Below, in pieces: positions 39,454 to 41,438 of a DNA stretch of 41,438 nt. The stretch is taken from the NCBI GenBank assembly GCA_964016885.1, contig CAXHJY010000541.1, positions 1 through 41,438 of the forward strand, read 5' to 3'. The notes beneath the pieces were generated by a model. It was not told the origin of the DNA. It searched no databases and saw only the letters and a program-made list of their open reading frames with translations. The stretch comes from Eledone cirrhosa (Eukaryota). Position numbers and translations under genes: made by a program. Position 1 is the stretch's first letter, and each line of letters begins with the position of its first letter.

Positions 39454-41379
39454 AGGTAAGGCGGCTGAAGGCATCTGGCACGGTGGGACACACCATGGTC
39501 ACCCGCATAGTTAACCAAGTCGTACAGAATGGGGTTGTTCCGAAGGACTGGCATAGCAGCATTATCGTTAACTGTTATAAGGGTAAAGGAGACGCCCTAG
39601 ATAGGAGTAACTATAGAGGCATTAAATTAATCGACCAGGTCATGAAGGTCACGGAAAAAGTAATAGCGCAACTAATCAGAGAGAGAATTGACCTAGATGA
39701 AATGCAGTTCGGGTTTGTGTCAGGCAAAAGTACCACAGACGCTCTTTTCATAGTACGACAACTACAGGAGAAGTTCCTAGCTAAAGGTAAACCCCTCTAC
39801 TTAGCTTTTGTCGACTTGGAGAAAGCCTTCGACAGAGTCCCCCGCTCCATTCTGGTGGGCTCTTAGAAAACTAGGCGTTGACGAATAGCTTGTGAGGGCT
39901 ATACAAGCCATGTATAAAGAAACAGTCAGCAAGGTTAGAATTAACAACGAATATAGTGAAGAGTTTAGCGTAAAAGTTGGCGTCCATCAGGGCTCTGTTC
40001 TCAGCCCCCTACTATTTATTATTGCCCTTCAGGCTATAACAGAGGAGTTCAAGACAGGCTGCCCATGGGAACTCCTATACGCAGACGACCTGACACTCAT
40101 AGCGGAATCAATGGCCGAGCTAGAGAAGAAATTCCAAACATGGAAGCACGGCCTAGAGTCAAAAGGACTTAAAATTAACCTGGCTAAGACCAAAGTTCTA
40201 GTTTGTAGGAAAGAAAACAAGGCGGCGGTCCCTTCTGGGAAATGGTCGTGCTCGGTGTGTAGGAAAGGCGTAGGTAGAAACTCCATTTTATGTCCTAAAT
40301 GCAAAGTATGGGTGCATAAAAGATGTAGTGGGATCACAGGTAAGCTAACTAAGAACATAGATTTTACATGTGGCCGGTGTTCTGGTGCAATAAGTAGCAG
40401 CAAGTGCCCACAAAATACTAGCTCTTTCAATTGCGCAGAGGGTTCTATAGAAATAGTGGACAGCTTCCGTTACCTGGGCGATAAAATCAGCAGTGGGGGA
40501 GGGTGCTCTGAAAGTACTGTAGCTAGAGTCAGAACTGGTTGGAAAAAGTTCAGAGAGCTTATACCACTATTAGCCGCTAAAGGGTTCTCCCTAAAAATGA
40601 AAGGCAGGTTGTACGATGCCTGCATACGAACAGCAATGTTGCATGGCAGTGAGACCTGGGCATTGTGTGCAGAGGATATACGCAGACTAGAGAGGAACGA
40701 AGCCTGCATGCTCCGCTGGATGTGTAACAGTAATATACGTGAACGGCAAAGCATAAACGAACTAAGGAAAAAATTAGAGATAAGAGGGATCAGATGTTGT
40801 TTACTCGAGAGAAGGCTACGTTGGTATGGACACGTGATGCGCATGAAAGTCGATAGCTGTATAACAAAGTGCAGGGCAATAAAGATAGACGGTAGCCACG
40901 GAATAGGCAGACCTAGAAAAACCTGGGACGAGCTGATAAACTCCGACCTCACACACTTACACCTCTCCAAGACAATGTCACTGGACCGAGACCTTTGGCG
41001 GTACTCAGTAACAGAGAAGACCCGCCTTGCCAGTAGGCATCTCTAACAAAATACACCCCGTCCCGCCACCACCCCCACCCATCCACACCACCCCGTCCTA
41101 TGTAAAGTTATGTTGGTGCCGCGCCATCCAGGCCGAAACAAATGAGATCGTGTAGGTGTCACGACAAAAAAACACAGAGTCCACGCTGTAATGTGGCCGT
41201 GTAGGCAACACGGTAAAAACCTCCCAGACCCACACTGTAAATGTGGTTGGTGTTAGGAAGGGCATCCAACTGTAGAAAACCTGCCAGACAGTCCTATGCG
41301 AGCAAGACAATCACTCTTGCCTCAAGTGGGACTACCCCCGTCCAAACCCATGCAAGCGTGGAACACGGACGTTAAACGT

Positions 41380-41410
<31 letters not shown>
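39454..41410 (+). mobile_element. 5'-truncated RTE LINE, subfamily B, inverted relative to its neighbour
   Basis: ORFs 39483-39866 and 39892-41046; 2-nt deletion at ~39851 and TGG>TAG at ~39886; (TGA)n tail into (TA)n. Confidence 0.96.
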
Positions 41411-41438
41411 ATATACATATATATATATATATATATAT

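Noticed and set aside
37290-40970. ORFs such as [11 protein letters not shown]... and MKELVFCGHLL... repeated in several places
   Set aside because: Antisense shadows of the LINE ORF.

Overview
AT-rich eukaryotic DNA, probably octopus/cephalopod (inferred from repeat style and gene content, not verified). It carries five internal coding exons of a Caprin-1-like RNA-granule gene on the minus strand (18478-18540, 10755-10841, 7029-7190, 4810-5050, 2782-3102). All five have canonical AG/GT ends and join in frame; the first and last exons were not found in the window. The rest is intron filled with repeats. These include many copies of an RTE-type LINE whose RT carries an inserted PHD-like C4HC3 finger, tRNA-headed SINEs that share the LINE 3' tail, a decayed piggyBac with MITEs sharing its TIR, Penelope-like fragments, and kilobase (TA)n-derived arrays. 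The long YI/HI/CV ORFs are artefacts of those arrays. The most notable observations are: four minimal type I hammerhead-ribozyme motifs with palindromic or near-palindromic stem III, all antisense to the host gene; a head-to-head twin LINE forming a ~2 kb inverted repeat; recurrent tails-outward retroelement pairs; apparent (TA)n targeting; and an intronic minisatellite of CRE palindromes showing CpG decay. No CRISPR or prokaryotic system is present. All family calls come from motif recognition without database searches.
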